64,000 nucleotides of DNA from a virus: the IMG/VR virus record IMGVR_UViG_3300035145_003920, positions 13,468 to 77,467 of that record; one strand, written 5' to 3'. The position numbers and the translations under genes were made by a program. Of the stretch, positions 9,540 to 19,843 are shown one piece after another. The number at the start of each line of letters is the position of its first letter. Position 1 is the stretch's first letter. The notes under the pieces were generated by a model, which saw nothing but the letters and a program-made list of their open reading frames with translations, did no database searches and had not been told where the DNA came from.

Positions 9540-12500
9540 TATATTAATTTTACTTTTCTACCATCATCACCTCTCATATTGGTAATTGCTCCATATTTTG
9601 CTGTTGCATTTTCTACTGCTACATTAATATTAAATTCTAATCCAAAGTGAACACTATCTACATAACCTGCAAAAGTTCCACCCCAAACTAAACCATTTTG
9701 AGTAGCAGCTTTATCAAAACCATGGTTAATCCAAGGCACGTTATTATCTTTCATTAATGATTTACCTGAAGGGGTATCAACATTCATATCAATACTTGCG
9801 TAATAATTATGTCTAGATTTACCAGGATCTGCATTTGAAGAATTTACTTTCTGTAGTTCTTTTGATTCTTCAATACTTCTTCCTACATCATTTATCCTTA
9901 AAGTATACCCCTTATAATTTTCTTCTAAATAAGTAAAGAATTTACGGAATGCCGGTTTAGCATCTGGATTTAGGGTTTCTATTACTTTAGAAGAATTTAC
10001 TGTTACATATATTGTACGATCAAGATGTAAATTAGCCTTTTTATTTCTAATCCATTGATCTCTTTTCATTTTCCTACTTCTACCTTGGGTACCTTTTGGA
10101 TTTTCAATTTTAGGATATATTCTAAAAGCTTCAGCATTAATTTCAGTATTGGATGGAACTTTGTATCCTAATAGTTCTCCTTTTCTAATTTTAATAACTA
10201 GTTCTTTTGTGTCATCAGGTTGTGGTCCTCTTTCATTTTCAGGAAGTAAACCTGTTTGGGTTTTCTGAATTTCACTATAAAGGTTTCCAACATTACCTTT
10301 TACTATTTTTTTAGTATTTGGAATTGAAAGAGTATCTAAATCTGTTTCCCAAGTATTATCTTGAATTTTATGATCAACTTTTTGTATTAAAAATTTTAAT
10401 GCTTTTGGATATTGATCAGGAAGAAAAGTATTATTGATATTTAATTTATTATAAATTTTTATACCAGAAATTCCTTCTAATGTTATATTAAAACCAACAG
10501 GAATAAATCCTATTTGAGAAGAAGGGCTTCTATTACTTTTATCTTCAGGATTATCAATATTTGGAGTATCATAAATCTCTTTAGTAATAGTATTTATATA
10601 AGTTCTAAATGCTGCTTTTCCTCTAGAAATAAAACTTGAATCATATTTAAAGTAATTAGCTTTATTAGGATTAACTTTATATTTTTTTTCTACTAAAACC
10701 CAACCTGCACTTTTTCTTTCACCATTTTCTCTTCTATTAGGTTTCCAAACCCAAGTTTGTACTTTAAGTTCAGTACCCCCACCAAAAGCATCCGCTAGGT
10801 AAACGGCATAATTATTATTTTGTTCAGCAGATAATTCAGATTGGGAAATTAAATCATCATTTGCTGCTAAATGTCTATCATTTTTTAAAGTTCGATTTAC
10901 AAATTCCTTAATAGACATATTTCCCCTAATTGATTCGTGATGTATGCTTCTATTATCTCTTCCATATTCTGATTTTTCAAAACTTTTAAATCTATTATCT
11001 GAAGATTTATCAGTTCCTGAAAATGCAACCCAAGAAGATTTTTGATTCCATATTTTAGCTAATGCATCTGCTCTTTTTTGTAATTCTTTTTCTTCTTTAT
11101 CTTCTTTAGTCATATTGTTTTGAGGATCTACAATTGCAGGGGAAAATCTATCCCTTAATCCTTCATTCCAATATGAAAAAGCAGTTCCATCTTCAACTTT
11201 AGTAGTACTTCCTCCAGCAGTAGTTCCTATACTAATCATAGATGCTAAATCTGGGGTGATTGAGGTTTTGAATGAAATATCTTTTACAAAATTTGATTCT
11301 TTTTTGCTTGAATTATAACCATATACTTCTAAATCTACTACCTCAACTTTTGGATCAGCTATATCTTCTAAATATCCCGATATTGGATTTTGATCAATAA
11401 AAGTAACAATTTTATCTTCTTTTATAACAGGTTCAATATGATTAACCCCTCCTAAAGCAGAATTTATACCATCACAAATTCTTTTAAAAAATTTAAATAC
11501 AGATAACTTTCCATCTGTAGTATTAGCAATTAATGATGAAGAAATAAAATCATAATTTAAATAAATATTCATTAACCTACCATAAAGCACACCACTTGGG
11601 GTAAAACTAACATAGGATTCTAAATCCTTTTCTAATGATTCTGGGGTTATAATTCCATTAATTCTAAATCTAGGATTATCTTCTCCTAAATCCCCAAATA
11701 CAGGTTTAAAAATACAAACTCTAGGATCTAAAGAAATTTGATTTGGAAAATATGAAACTTTATTAGCAAAAACATCATTCTCAATATCTAATTGAGGTGA
11801 AATAAAATCTCCAGTTTTAATACCTGGTATAAGATTATTTTGAACAAGTTCTAATAACTCTCCAAAACTCATATAATAAAAATATTTGTTATTGCTTTTT
11901 AATGTATTTCTATCTATGGATGTTGTTCTACCTGATTTTTTAGCCCCTATTGTTGCAGCAGCGTTATATGATGAAAAATATCTACTATCATTTTTAAATA
12001 AATCATCTAACCCAATTGTAGAAAAAAGATATCTACCTAATTTATTATCTTGAGCTGAATTTACTATTGGAGTGTCTATTAAGTTTTTAAAACCTATTAA
12101 TTGATTATCATCTATAGAAGAGGAAATATCTACTTGTATTTCATCTAAATCAACAGCAGATACAGGAATATTAGCTTGTATAGATTCTACTACATCTCCT
12201 ACAGTAATCAATTTTAAATCAATATCGTAACTGCCATCTGATCCAAAAGTCCAAGTAAAGTTAACTACTTTTCCAAAAAAGCCATCATAATTTCCATGAT
12301 ATTTTATCCTATATTCTTCTATAGTATTAATCATAGATAATTGAGTAGTATCATTAGTATTAAACCAAAGATCTTCTATAATAGTATTTTCTGTTGATTT
12401 GAAATTACCATCATTATCAATATACTTATCATTCCCCCATTCAAGCATCATGGTAAATCCTATCCTTAAATAAAGTAATTCTAAAAGAGCAAATTGATAT

Positions 12501-13057
12501 TTGTTATAAGCTTTAATTTGAACATTAGCTTCTCTAATAGATCCCCTATTTAATGATTTTACTGTTACTGAGGTAATCCCAGGCATAGGTTGTTGACCAA
12601 AATCAGTTCCACCTAAACCATATACTGAATTAAAATTCCAAATACTTTTAGTTTTATTATATCCTGATCTAGAGGTATACCCTAATCCTTTTCCTTTTTG
12701 AAAATTATCTTCACCATATATAGGATTACCCTCATCATCATAACTTTCATTAATTATCTCTCTATTTAAACGTGAGGTACCATTAAATAAAATAGTTTTT
12801 TCTGCTAATTCAGTGCCTCTAAATTGATTTACTAAAGTTGGATCCCCAATAACTCTTGCTAATCTTTCTAAACCACCATCTTCTTTAACAATCTCCATTC
12901 CTGAAGCTAACTTAACCCAGGCAGTTTGATTATTTAAATATTGGATTTGTTCTGGAGTTCTATCTTGACCATATCCAGAATATTGGTCTTTTTGTCTTTG
13001 ACCAATTTGTTTGAATACATATTCTTTAAATTCTTCTCCAACTATGTTTCCAGTCAT
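9539..13057 (-). CDS. Baseplate hub-like protein with C-terminal M15 Zn-peptidase (virion-associated lysin)
   Basis: Hub-like LEWG and YDGFFGKVVNFTW; C-terminal SRHNYYASID and WGG..DSVHF. Confidence 0.75.
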   Translation of the reverse strand: MTGNIVGEEFKEYVFKQIGQRQKDQYSGYGQDRTPEQIQYLNNQTAWVKLASGMEIVKEDGGLERLARVIGDPTLVNQFRGTELAEKTILFNGTSRLNREIINESYDDEGNPIYGEDNFQKGKGLGYTSRSGYNKTKSIWNFNSVYGLGGTDFGQQPMPGITSVTVKSLNRGSIREANVQIKAYNKYQFALLELLYLRIGFTMMLEWGNDKYIDNDGNFKSTENTIIEDLWFNTNDTTQLSMINTIEEYRIKYHGNYDGFFGKVVNFTWTFGSDGSYDIDLKLITVGDVVESIQANIPVSAVDLDEIQVDISSSIDDNQLIGFKNLIDTPIVNSAQDNKLGRYLFSTIGLDDLFKNDSRYFSSYNAAATIGAKKSGRTTSIDRNTLKSNNKYFYYMSFGELLELVQNNLIPGIKTGDFISPQLDIENDVFANKVSYFPNQISLDPRVCIFKPVFGDLGEDNPRFRINGIITPESLEKDLESYVSFTPSGVLYGRLMNIYLNYDFISSSLIANTTDGKLSVFKFFKRICDGINSALGGVNHIEPVIKEDKIVTFIDQNPISGYLEDIADPKVEVVDLEVYGYNSSKKESNFVKDISFKTSITPDLASMISIGTTAGGSTTKVEDGTAFSYWNEGLRDRFSPAIVDPQNNMTKEDKEEKELQKRADALAKIWNQKSSWVAFSGTDKSSDNRFKSFEKSEYGRDNRSIHHESIRGNMSIKEFVNRTLKNDRHLAANDDLISQSELSAEQNNNYAVYLADAFGGGTELKVQTWVWKPNRRENGERKSAGWVLVEKKYKVNPNKANYFKYDSSFISRGKAAFRTYINTITKEIYDTPNIDNPEDKSNRSPSSQIGFIPVGFNITLEGISGIKIYNKLNINNTFLPDQYPKALKFLIQKVDHKIQDNTWETDLDTLSIPNTKKIVKGNVGNLYSEIQKTQTGLLPENERGPQPDDTKELVIKIRKGELLGYKVPSNTEINAEAFRIYPKIENPKGTQGRSRKMKRDQWIRNKKANLHLDRTIYVTVNSSKVIETLNPDAKPAFRKFFTYLEENYKGYTLRINDVGRSIEESKELQKVNSSNADPGKSRHNYYASIDMNVDTPSGKSLMKDNNVPWINHGFDKAATQNGLVWGGTFAGYVDSVHFGLEFNINVAVENATAKYGAITNMRGDDGRKVKLI

Positions 13058-13059
13058 AA

Positions 13060-13362
13060 CTATCTTTCATTTAAGGCCTTGAATTGAGAAATTACTGAAC
13101 CTATATTTTGTGGTATCCTAATTTGTCTGCCTTCTGGAATATAATAAGAATTTTGGGGTAAATCACTATTTGCTGAAGAAATGATCCACCATAAAGAAGA
13201 ATCATTATAATATTCTTGGGCTAAGACATCAAATCTATCTCCTTGGGTAGTATAAACGTAAATATCTTCAAAAGATAAAGGTATTTCTGGATACTTAGTA
13301 GTACCGTAATATTTTTTACCTGTGAGGTCATTTAATATTTTTATGTCTTGATATCTTCTCAT
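13060..13362 (-). CDS. Baseplate wedge LysM / gp53-like protein
   Basis: GDRFDVLAQEYYNDSSLWWIISSAN..G.QIRIP. Confidence 0.85.
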   Translation of the reverse strand: MRRYQDIKILNDLTGKKYYGTTKYPEIPLSFEDIYVYTTQGDRFDVLAQEYYNDSSLWWIISSANSDLPQNSYYIPEGRQIRIPQNIGSVISQFKALNER

Positions 13363-15509
13363 TTATTAATATAATTTATATCATCATAATTATTATTAAA
13401 CCCATTATCTAAAGCTATATATCTTTCTTTACCAAATTTAGTTAGATCACCATTCTTTTTAAAGCTATTTCTTTGAACTTGAGGGGTAAATTCATGTATT
13501 GGAATAAAGTTAAATCCTGTTACTTTAATTATATGAGGCATTTCTTTTACCGTTTTATCAGATTTAATTTTATTATTTCCTGTTCCTACTGTACTTTCAG
13601 GATTTGTTGGTATACCTATTTCCCAAGGTGATTCTTCAGGAACACCATAAGATAAACTTGTAATAATTCCTGGTTGTTCATATAAGTAACCCCCAACAGT
13701 TAAAGTAGCTAAATTGCCTCTCATATATCCTATAGTTTTAGAATAATCAGGTGCTAATGTTGAAGCTAAATAATTTAACTTTTGGTACATTGGCATTAAT
13801 TCTTGTTTAGATTGGGCTGCTACTGTCCAACCTAACGAAATTTTTCTATCAAATCCATTATATCTGTAGAAATTTTCTCCTCTACCCATGAATTTATCTG
13901 AATTCCATTCTGCACTATAATCATCATTCATTGAATCTAAAAATGCTCTAAAATGAATAAATACTTTTTGTGAAGGATTATCATTTTGAATAATTCCAAT
14001 TCTAAATTTAACTAAATCATTTTTATCTTTATCTTGTCTAACTATTCCTGATTTATATAATCTAATAGCATTGACTTTATCTACAGGATCTAATTCTGTT
14101 ATAGATTTGTCTTTATCTCTTCCTATTTGTTGTTTACCTATTTGATAATTTCTTGTGTCATTCTTTTTACCTGGGTTTCCTAAACCAACTCTAGTTTCAA
14201 TATTACTATCAGGATAACTTAAGCTAATAGTGTTTTTTCTATAATCTTCTGTTATTGTAGGATTTTCTTTACTAGATTGTCTTGCAAGTATATCTTCACT
14301 TACATTATAAGAATTTGGAGCTATTAATTTTCCATCTGCTCCAAATGCACTTTTCATAACATCTGTTACTTGAGTAACAGGATTATTATTAAATTTTTGT
14401 AAATCAAGTTGGTTTTGAAAGGCACTTAAATTTGCACTTAAATCTTTATTTAAAAACTTACTAAATGGGTTTGGTTTTGGGGCAGAAGATGAATTATTAT
14501 TTAAAAATTCTAGATATTTAGTAGAAGCTCCTATTCTTTTAAATTGATCATTTGTAGTAAGACTTACATATTCTGCATCATTAGTAAATAAATTACGTCC
14601 TGTATATGTTGAAGGAGTATATCTGGTATTATATTTTCCACTATTAATTGTATCAACATTTAATTGATTTAAAAAGTTATTACCACTAAAATTATTAGAA
14701 CCAAATTGAATTGGTTTAGATATGTCAATATTAGTTGGAAAAGAAAAATCAGGGGTTTTAATATCCATACCTCCAGCCCAACTTACTCCTCCTTTTACAT
14801 AATTTAAATTTGGGTTATTTAAACCTGTTCTTTGTTTAGATAAAGGTATTCTTGTTTTTCCTATACCTAATATAGCACCAGGTCCTCCTTGATAATTAAA
14901 AAGTTCTGTTGCAGATGTTTTTTTATTTACCTTTTCAGTAGTAAATTGTTTTAATTTACTTTCATAATTAGGATTTGAAGTTATTTCAATATAAGTTGGT
15001 TGTCCTAATGGATCTGTAGCACCAAATAATTCAAATATACCTCCTCCATTTTTTCCAATACCTTTAAATGGATCAATTCCTTGTTTATTTAAATGCAGGC
15101 CTATAGAGTTACCAGCGCTCTGTAATAAAGTAGAGGTCGGTAAGTATATACCGTTATTTAACGCTTTACCTTTGCCATCTGTGGCAACGGACATACGAGA
15201 TAGTAAATTTTCTTTGGCTATGAATAATGGACCTCCAATTGATTTAAAATCAAAAAACATTTGAGCTAATCTAGAAACGTCCCTAACTGCTCTACCAGGC
15301 ATTAAAGTACCGCCTCTTAGTAGAACATCAGGCCCACCAGATCTATCAACCCCGCTTAAATCCCTATTTGCATCCGCTGAGAATGGTAAATTTGGATTAC
15401 CAGGTAAGTCTCTAGTAATATATGGTTGGTTACTAGATCCTCCCCCTACGCGATCTTTAGTATATCTGAGGCTTTTTAGATTTGTTTTAAAATCAATTAA
15501 TCCTCCCAT
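13359..15509 (-). CDS. Baseplate / tail-tube initiator-like protein
   Basis: C-terminal tube-like domain FRAFL..W..GRGENFYRYNGFDR; lies between tape measure and LysM genes. Confidence 0.65.
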   Translation of the reverse strand: MGGLIDFKTNLKSLRYTKDRVGGGSSNQPYITRDLPGNPNLPFSADANRDLSGVDRSGGPDVLLRGGTLMPGRAVRDVSRLAQMFFDFKSIGGPLFIAKENLLSRMSVATDGKGKALNNGIYLPTSTLLQSAGNSIGLHLNKQGIDPFKGIGKNGGGIFELFGATDPLGQPTYIEITSNPNYESKLKQFTTEKVNKKTSATELFNYQGGPGAILGIGKTRIPLSKQRTGLNNPNLNYVKGGVSWAGGMDIKTPDFSFPTNIDISKPIQFGSNNFSGNNFLNQLNVDTINSGKYNTRYTPSTYTGRNLFTNDAEYVSLTTNDQFKRIGASTKYLEFLNNNSSSAPKPNPFSKFLNKDLSANLSAFQNQLDLQKFNNNPVTQVTDVMKSAFGADGKLIAPNSYNVSEDILARQSSKENPTITEDYRKNTISLSYPDSNIETRVGLGNPGKKNDTRNYQIGKQQIGRDKDKSITELDPVDKVNAIRLYKSGIVRQDKDKNDLVKFRIGIIQNDNPSQKVFIHFRAFLDSMNDDYSAEWNSDKFMGRGENFYRYNGFDRKISLGWTVAAQSKQELMPMYQKLNYLASTLAPDYSKTIGYMRGNLATLTVGGYLYEQPGIITSLSYGVPEESPWEIGIPTNPESTVGTGNNKIKSDKTVKEMPHIIKVTGFNFIPIHEFTPQVQRNSFKKNGDLTKFGKERYIALDNGFNNNYDDINYINK

Positions 15510-15519
15510 TTAAAAAGAT

Positions 15520-15729
15520 TTATTCAGGTAAATTGTCCATATATTTAGGTGGAGTTTGTCCATCTAAATCTAATTCCGAAGGTACTGGTTTACCATTTAC
15601 AGTTGGAATACCATTAATAGAATACTCTTTATGCAATTTTGAACTTGCAAAATCAGGTACACTAGGAGTGGATCCATCTAAGTTTGTTAAATTTGAACCT
15701 TGGTTTAATAATTTATCTTTAAGTCCCAT
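15520..15729 (-). CDS. Small late hypothetical protein
   Basis: Late-motif promoter 12 nt upstream; internal LDG.TP duplication. Confidence 0.75.
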   Translation of the reverse strand: MGLKDKLLNQGSNLTNLDGSTPSVPDFASSKLHKEYSINGIPTVNGKPVPSELDLDGQTPPKYMDNLPE

Positions 15730-15755
15730 AATTTTATTTTATTATAAATATTGAA

Positions 15756-18194
15756 TTAAGAAATTTCGTATAAGTTCATAGGAGACATTTCTGGTTTTTT
15801 AGAATTTTGTCTAATTAATGTAGATAATAATCTATTTGTTTGTTCTCCTACTTTATTATCTTGTTGTGGTATATTAATTGATCCTGCTCCTGCTGAAATA
15901 ACATCATTACCTCTAAATAAATTTGTACCAGCAATTACTGTATCTCTATTATTTAATGATATAGCTCCTTCAGGGCCTAAAAGTACTCTACTTCCATACC
16001 CACCACTTGCTCCTTGAGGTTTAGATAATACATCATCACCTTTTTCAGATTTGCCTAATAAACTAGCAATTCCTGCTATTGCAGCTCCTGCTGCTATAAC
16101 ACCTAAGGCAGCTTTAAATGGGTTTGCAATAGCATAAGCTGCTGCCTGAGCCATAGCACTAGATTTTGATGATGCCGCTGTAAGTCTTAATAATCTATTT
16201 AATTTAGCAAACCCAGCTAAACCTTTTATTAATTGGGCTCCAAACATTACTGCCATTATACTATTAATAGCAAATGAACTTTCTAAAATTTTACCAATTA
16301 AATTAGCAAAATTACCTAGGGGTCCATCTACAAGATTAACTAAAGTATCCTGCATTTTTGCAATAGCATCATTAAATTTTTCTTGGGTAGATAATGCTTC
16401 TACTCTTTTAGCTACTTCTTCACCTTGTTCTGCTGCTATGGTTTCAAAGTTTTTACCTCTATATTGTTCTAAAAGAAGCATATCACTCATTTGATCAACA
16501 CTCATTCCTAAAGATTCAGCAAATGCTTCCTGTTGAATGCGGTTCATATTTGAAAAGTCACTAAAGTCACCCATTTGACTATTAATTTCTTCCATTAATG
16601 TAACTTGATCATTATTAAGAGCGGCTAATCTTGCCCTTTCTAAATTAATATCTCTACCAATTAATAATTCAGCTTGTAATTCACTTGTAATTGAACTTTC
16701 AAAATCTAATAATTTACCAGCAATTGAATTCACATCTTGTAAAGTCATTCCTAAAGCTTTAGCTTTTGCTACTGCTTCAGTTAATGCTTCTACTGAACCT
16801 TGATTTTGGACTAAGGCATAAGCACCTGCTTTACCTACTTCGTCCATTACTTGTTTTATATTTAACTGAACTCCATATTGGGAACTAACTGATTGTGCTA
16901 TTTCATAAGAAGCTAATTTTTGTTCATCAAAACTAGCACCTGTAGCTTCTGCAAATAATTGTAATTGGGCAGCGGATTCTACTGATGCTCCTAATCTTTG
17001 GGTAATTTCAGCAAATGTAACAGAATTTTCAAGATTTAATTTACCTTGTAATCCTAAAGCTTCATTAAATTGAGCTTGTGCTTCAGCTATTCTTTTAACA
17101 TTAACAAAGGTTTCTGCGGAAGCATTAGCCATGTCCCCCATTTCTTGTCTTACATCTAAAGCCTCTTCGTAACTTAAATTTAAATTTTTCTGTAGGTCAA
17201 CAACTTGTTTGTTTACACTTCCTGCTGCTTTAACTAACATTGTAAATATAGCAAGGGGATCGGTTAATCCTTTAGCCATATTAGCTAAAGAACTTGTTAT
17301 ACCTGTAAGTGCTATTTTAGTCCTATTAGCAAAAGTACCAGCTTTCTCTGCAGCATCGGCATTAAGTTCACCTATTTTTTTCTGAGCTTTTTCTTGTCTT
17401 TCTTTTAAGACAGCTATTCTTTCTTCTTTTTCTGTAACCTCCCTTTGGGTTAAGTTTCCTTTTTCTAGTTCTTGTTGTAAATCTCCAATTTCATCTGAAG
17501 TTGATCTAATGATTCTATTTGCAAGAGCATATTTATGTTTAAATTCGTCACTTTCTTTAACTCCTTTAATAATCTCTCTTGAGAGATCAGCCATTTCTTC
17601 TTTAACTTCTCCTAATTTAAAATAAGAAGAAAATTGTTTTAACCCAGGAAGATTAGTAATACTATCTAGAAGAGCTCCAGTAGCCCCTAAAGAATCTTCT
17701 ATAGCTTCAGCTTCTCTTACTGATTCTGCTAATTGTTGATTAAAAATAGATTCTAAATTTAAAATTCCAGTTAAATTAGATAATTGGGTTTTATCTAATT
17801 GTCCTTGTTCTTTTAATAATTTTAAATTGCTAAATTGAATCTTGGCTTTTTCTTGTTCTTTTTTAGCTTGTTTAACAGTAACATTGTAAACACCCTCAGT
17901 ACTATTATATAAATTTCGAGAGATATTAAATAAATCTCTAGTACCCTTTACAATTTGTTGTGTTGTGGATTTTCCTTTAGTTAATTCATTTACTATACCT
18001 GAAAAAGAATTATATGTACTTCTGGCTGATACATCTATATCATCTATATCATTTTGGATACTGCGAAGAATTCTTTCAGCTGTTTCTAGATTAGTAATAT
18101 TATCAGTATTGAATATATCAGTTCTTCCTCCTAAACTATTTAATCGTTTAAGAGCATCTTCAATCTGTTTTAGCTTTTTATCTAGATCAGCCAT
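15756..18194 (-). CDS. Tail tape measure protein
   Basis: 812 aa, helical, Ala/Leu-rich with a hydrophobic C-terminal segment; follows the tail chaperone. Confidence 0.85.
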   Translation of the reverse strand: MADLDKKLKQIEDALKRLNSLGGRTDIFNTDNITNLETAERILRSIQNDIDDIDVSARSTYNSFSGIVNELTKGKSTTQQIVKGTRDLFNISRNLYNSTEGVYNVTVKQAKKEQEKAKIQFSNLKLLKEQGQLDKTQLSNLTGILNLESIFNQQLAESVREAEAIEDSLGATGALLDSITNLPGLKQFSSYFKLGEVKEEMADLSREIIKGVKESDEFKHKYALANRIIRSTSDEIGDLQQELEKGNLTQREVTEKEERIAVLKERQEKAQKKIGELNADAAEKAGTFANRTKIALTGITSSLANMAKGLTDPLAIFTMLVKAAGSVNKQVVDLQKNLNLSYEEALDVRQEMGDMANASAETFVNVKRIAEAQAQFNEALGLQGKLNLENSVTFAEITQRLGASVESAAQLQLFAEATGASFDEQKLASYEIAQSVSSQYGVQLNIKQVMDEVGKAGAYALVQNQGSVEALTEAVAKAKALGMTLQDVNSIAGKLLDFESSITSELQAELLIGRDINLERARLAALNNDQVTLMEEINSQMGDFSDFSNMNRIQQEAFAESLGMSVDQMSDMLLLEQYRGKNFETIAAEQGEEVAKRVEALSTQEKFNDAIAKMQDTLVNLVDGPLGNFANLIGKILESSFAINSIMAVMFGAQLIKGLAGFAKLNRLLRLTAASSKSSAMAQAAAYAIANPFKAALGVIAAGAAIAGIASLLGKSEKGDDVLSKPQGASGGYGSRVLLGPEGAISLNNRDTVIAGTNLFRGNDVISAGAGSINIPQQDNKVGEQTNRLLSTLIRQNSKKPEMSPMNLYEIS

Positions 18195-18218
18195 AAAGGT
18201 TGTTTATTATAAATATTG

Positions 18219-18497
18219 TTATTTATAACTTGTTTTACCTTTTGCTCCCTTTAAGAAATCAGGAGCTTGTACTTTGCCATCTTTACCTATTACAGTAACT
18301 TGGTCTTTGGAATCTTGTGTTTTTTGATTTTCCTTAGCTTGTTTAGCATACCACTCTTCTATAAATTTAAAAGTAGCATTTCTAAGCCATACAGGCATAT
18401 TATAAACAGTTTGATAGTCATATCCACCTTTACCATGGAATACTATCTCATGTATTTGTCTAAATAAACCTTTTCTATAAGTTGGCGTCAGGCCAAA
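18219..18497 (-). CDS. Frameshift extension of tail assembly chaperone (gpT-like), not in ORF track
   Basis: Open frame FGLTPTYRKGLFRQIHEIVFHGKGGYDYQTVYNMPVWLR...TSYK* with no N-terminal ATG, entered at the U7 run 18495-18501. Confidence 0.75.
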   Translation of the reverse strand, partial: FGLTPTYRKGLFRQIHEIVFHGKGGYDYQTVYNMPVWLRNATFKFIEEWYAKQAKENQKTQDSKDQVTVIGKDGKVQAPDFLKGAKGKTSYK

Positions 18498-19209
18498 AAA
18501 AGCTGAGGTTAATTGGGATGATACGGTCTCTTCCGTCTGAGCTCCGAAAGGACAAATCCACGTCAGGCATGCACTCTTTGTACTTTTGCCTTAACGCGCG
18601 TGAATCCATAGCTAATAAATAATTATCTACAAATTCCCCAATGACCTTGGGAGTTCCGTCTCCTTCTACGGAAGTTATAATGGTTTTTAAACGAGTAGAA
18701 ATTTCTGGAGAGGCATCTGGAGTAATTTTCTTAATACCATCTAAATCTTTTTCAATTTTCTTTTCGTCTTTACCGGTTAATAATTTAAATTTTATTTTAT
18801 TACCTGAATTAGGTAATTCATAATCAAATTCGTTTGTATGTTTAGGTAAATTATCAAAATCAATCTTAACATTTTCTAACTTTGTTAAATCAATATTTTC
18901 TTCTTTACCTGCTATTTTAATAGGATAATTTTTACCATATCCTAAAATTCTTGCTGATATAAGTAATGCACTTTTATCTCCTGTTATCATATCATCTAGA
19001 TCAAACTTAGGGGAAATAATTAGGGAAGATAATAGTTTATCTAAAACAGTACCATCTTGAATATAATTTGCATTAGTAAGAATATCCTCTTCTTTAGCAG
19101 TCATGTATTTCATTTCTACTATACCACTTGATAGGGGATGTTCTTCAGGATAAAACCAACCTTTTGAAGGTAATTTAACTTCTTCAGTTGGGAATTTAAA
19201 GTCGGGCAT
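18475..19209 (-). CDS. Tail assembly chaperone / T4 gp26-like baseplate hub assembly protein
   Basis: LPSKG..Y, MTAKEEDIL, ARILGYG, C-terminal FFWP; lies between tube and tape measure. Confidence 0.8.
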   Translation of the reverse strand: MPDFKFPTEEVKLPSKGWFYPEEHPLSSGIVEMKYMTAKEEDILTNANYIQDGTVLDKLLSSLIISPKFDLDDMITGDKSALLISARILGYGKNYPIKIAGKEENIDLTKLENVKIDFDNLPKHTNEFDYELPNSGNKIKFKLLTGKDEKKIEKDLDGIKKITPDASPEISTRLKTIITSVEGDGTPKVIGEFVDNYLLAMDSRALRQKYKECMPDVDLSFRSSDGRDRIIPINLSFFWPDANL

Positions 19210-19256
19210 AATCTTTATTTTAATTAAAACGTTTTGTCAGTAATAAATATTAAGAT

Positions 19257-19282
19257 AAAAAAAAGCTTGACCGAAGCCAAGC
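19257..19282 (-). terminator. Intrinsic terminator after tail tube gene
   Basis: Minus strand GCTTGGC-TTCG-GTCAAGC followed by T8 (cUUCGg loop). Confidence 0.9.
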
Positions 19283-19312
19283 AATTTTTCAAAAGTATGA
19301 GGGTTGGGTTTT

Positions 19313-19801
19313 TTAGAAGTTTAATACACAATAATCTGGTTGTACAGTCATTGTGAGTTCTTGTGCGGCATTTTCTTGATCCCAGTTATAATCACCAAAG
19401 TTAGCTTCAGTAATTATAGCACCTTTAATAATCCATTCAGATACGATATCTCCTACAGGACCTAATACGTTTACAGTTAAGTCTTTTTTATAGAAATCAC
19501 TGTATCCATCTCTACCTGTTACTGATTCATGGTGTAATCTTACCCACTCCATTACAGCTTGAGCACCTGATGGTGTAATAGGATCAAATAATGTGAACTG
19601 GATTGTATTCCAAACTGTTTTTCCTTTAACATAACGTTGAACGTTAATATGATTTAAAGGCACAGTCCCTTGGGTTACAGATACGGCTCCGACACCCTTC
19701 ATAATGTACGAAGGAAATCCATCAATATAAAGAATAAATCTATTCTTTTGTTTTGGCTCAAATGCCGTATAAAAAATTTCGTTAGGATCTAATACTGCCA
19801 T
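19313..19801 (-). CDS. Tail tube protein (gp19-like)
   Basis: FEPKQKNRF, GKTVW, VMEWVR, YKKD, W.IKGA; follows sheath. Confidence 0.9.
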   Translation of the reverse strand: MAVLDPNEIFYTAFEPKQKNRFILYIDGFPSYIMKGVGAVSVTQGTVPLNHINVQRYVKGKTVWNTIQFTLFDPITPSGAQAVMEWVRLHHESVTGRDGYSDFYKKDLTVNVLGPVGDIVSEWIIKGAIITEANFGDYNWDQENAAQELTMTVQPDYCVLNF

Positions 19802-19818
19802 TTTATGTTTTTATTTTA

Positions 19819-19828
19819 TTATAAATAT
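19819..19828 (-). promoter_or_regulatory. Putative late promoter ATATTTATAA (representative copy; others start at 15742, 18207, 22126, 22418, 27201, 27228, 28076, 34603, 36537, 39342, 42530, 49343, 50407, 54395, 58170)
   Basis: Exact 10-mer, usually 11-17 nt upstream of the start codon of structural genes. Confidence 0.75.
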
Positions 19829-19843
19829 TCTACTTTTTAATTT

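Noticed and set aside
18267-18467. 66-aa plus-strand ORF
   Set aside because: Antisense to the frameshift extension of the tail chaperone
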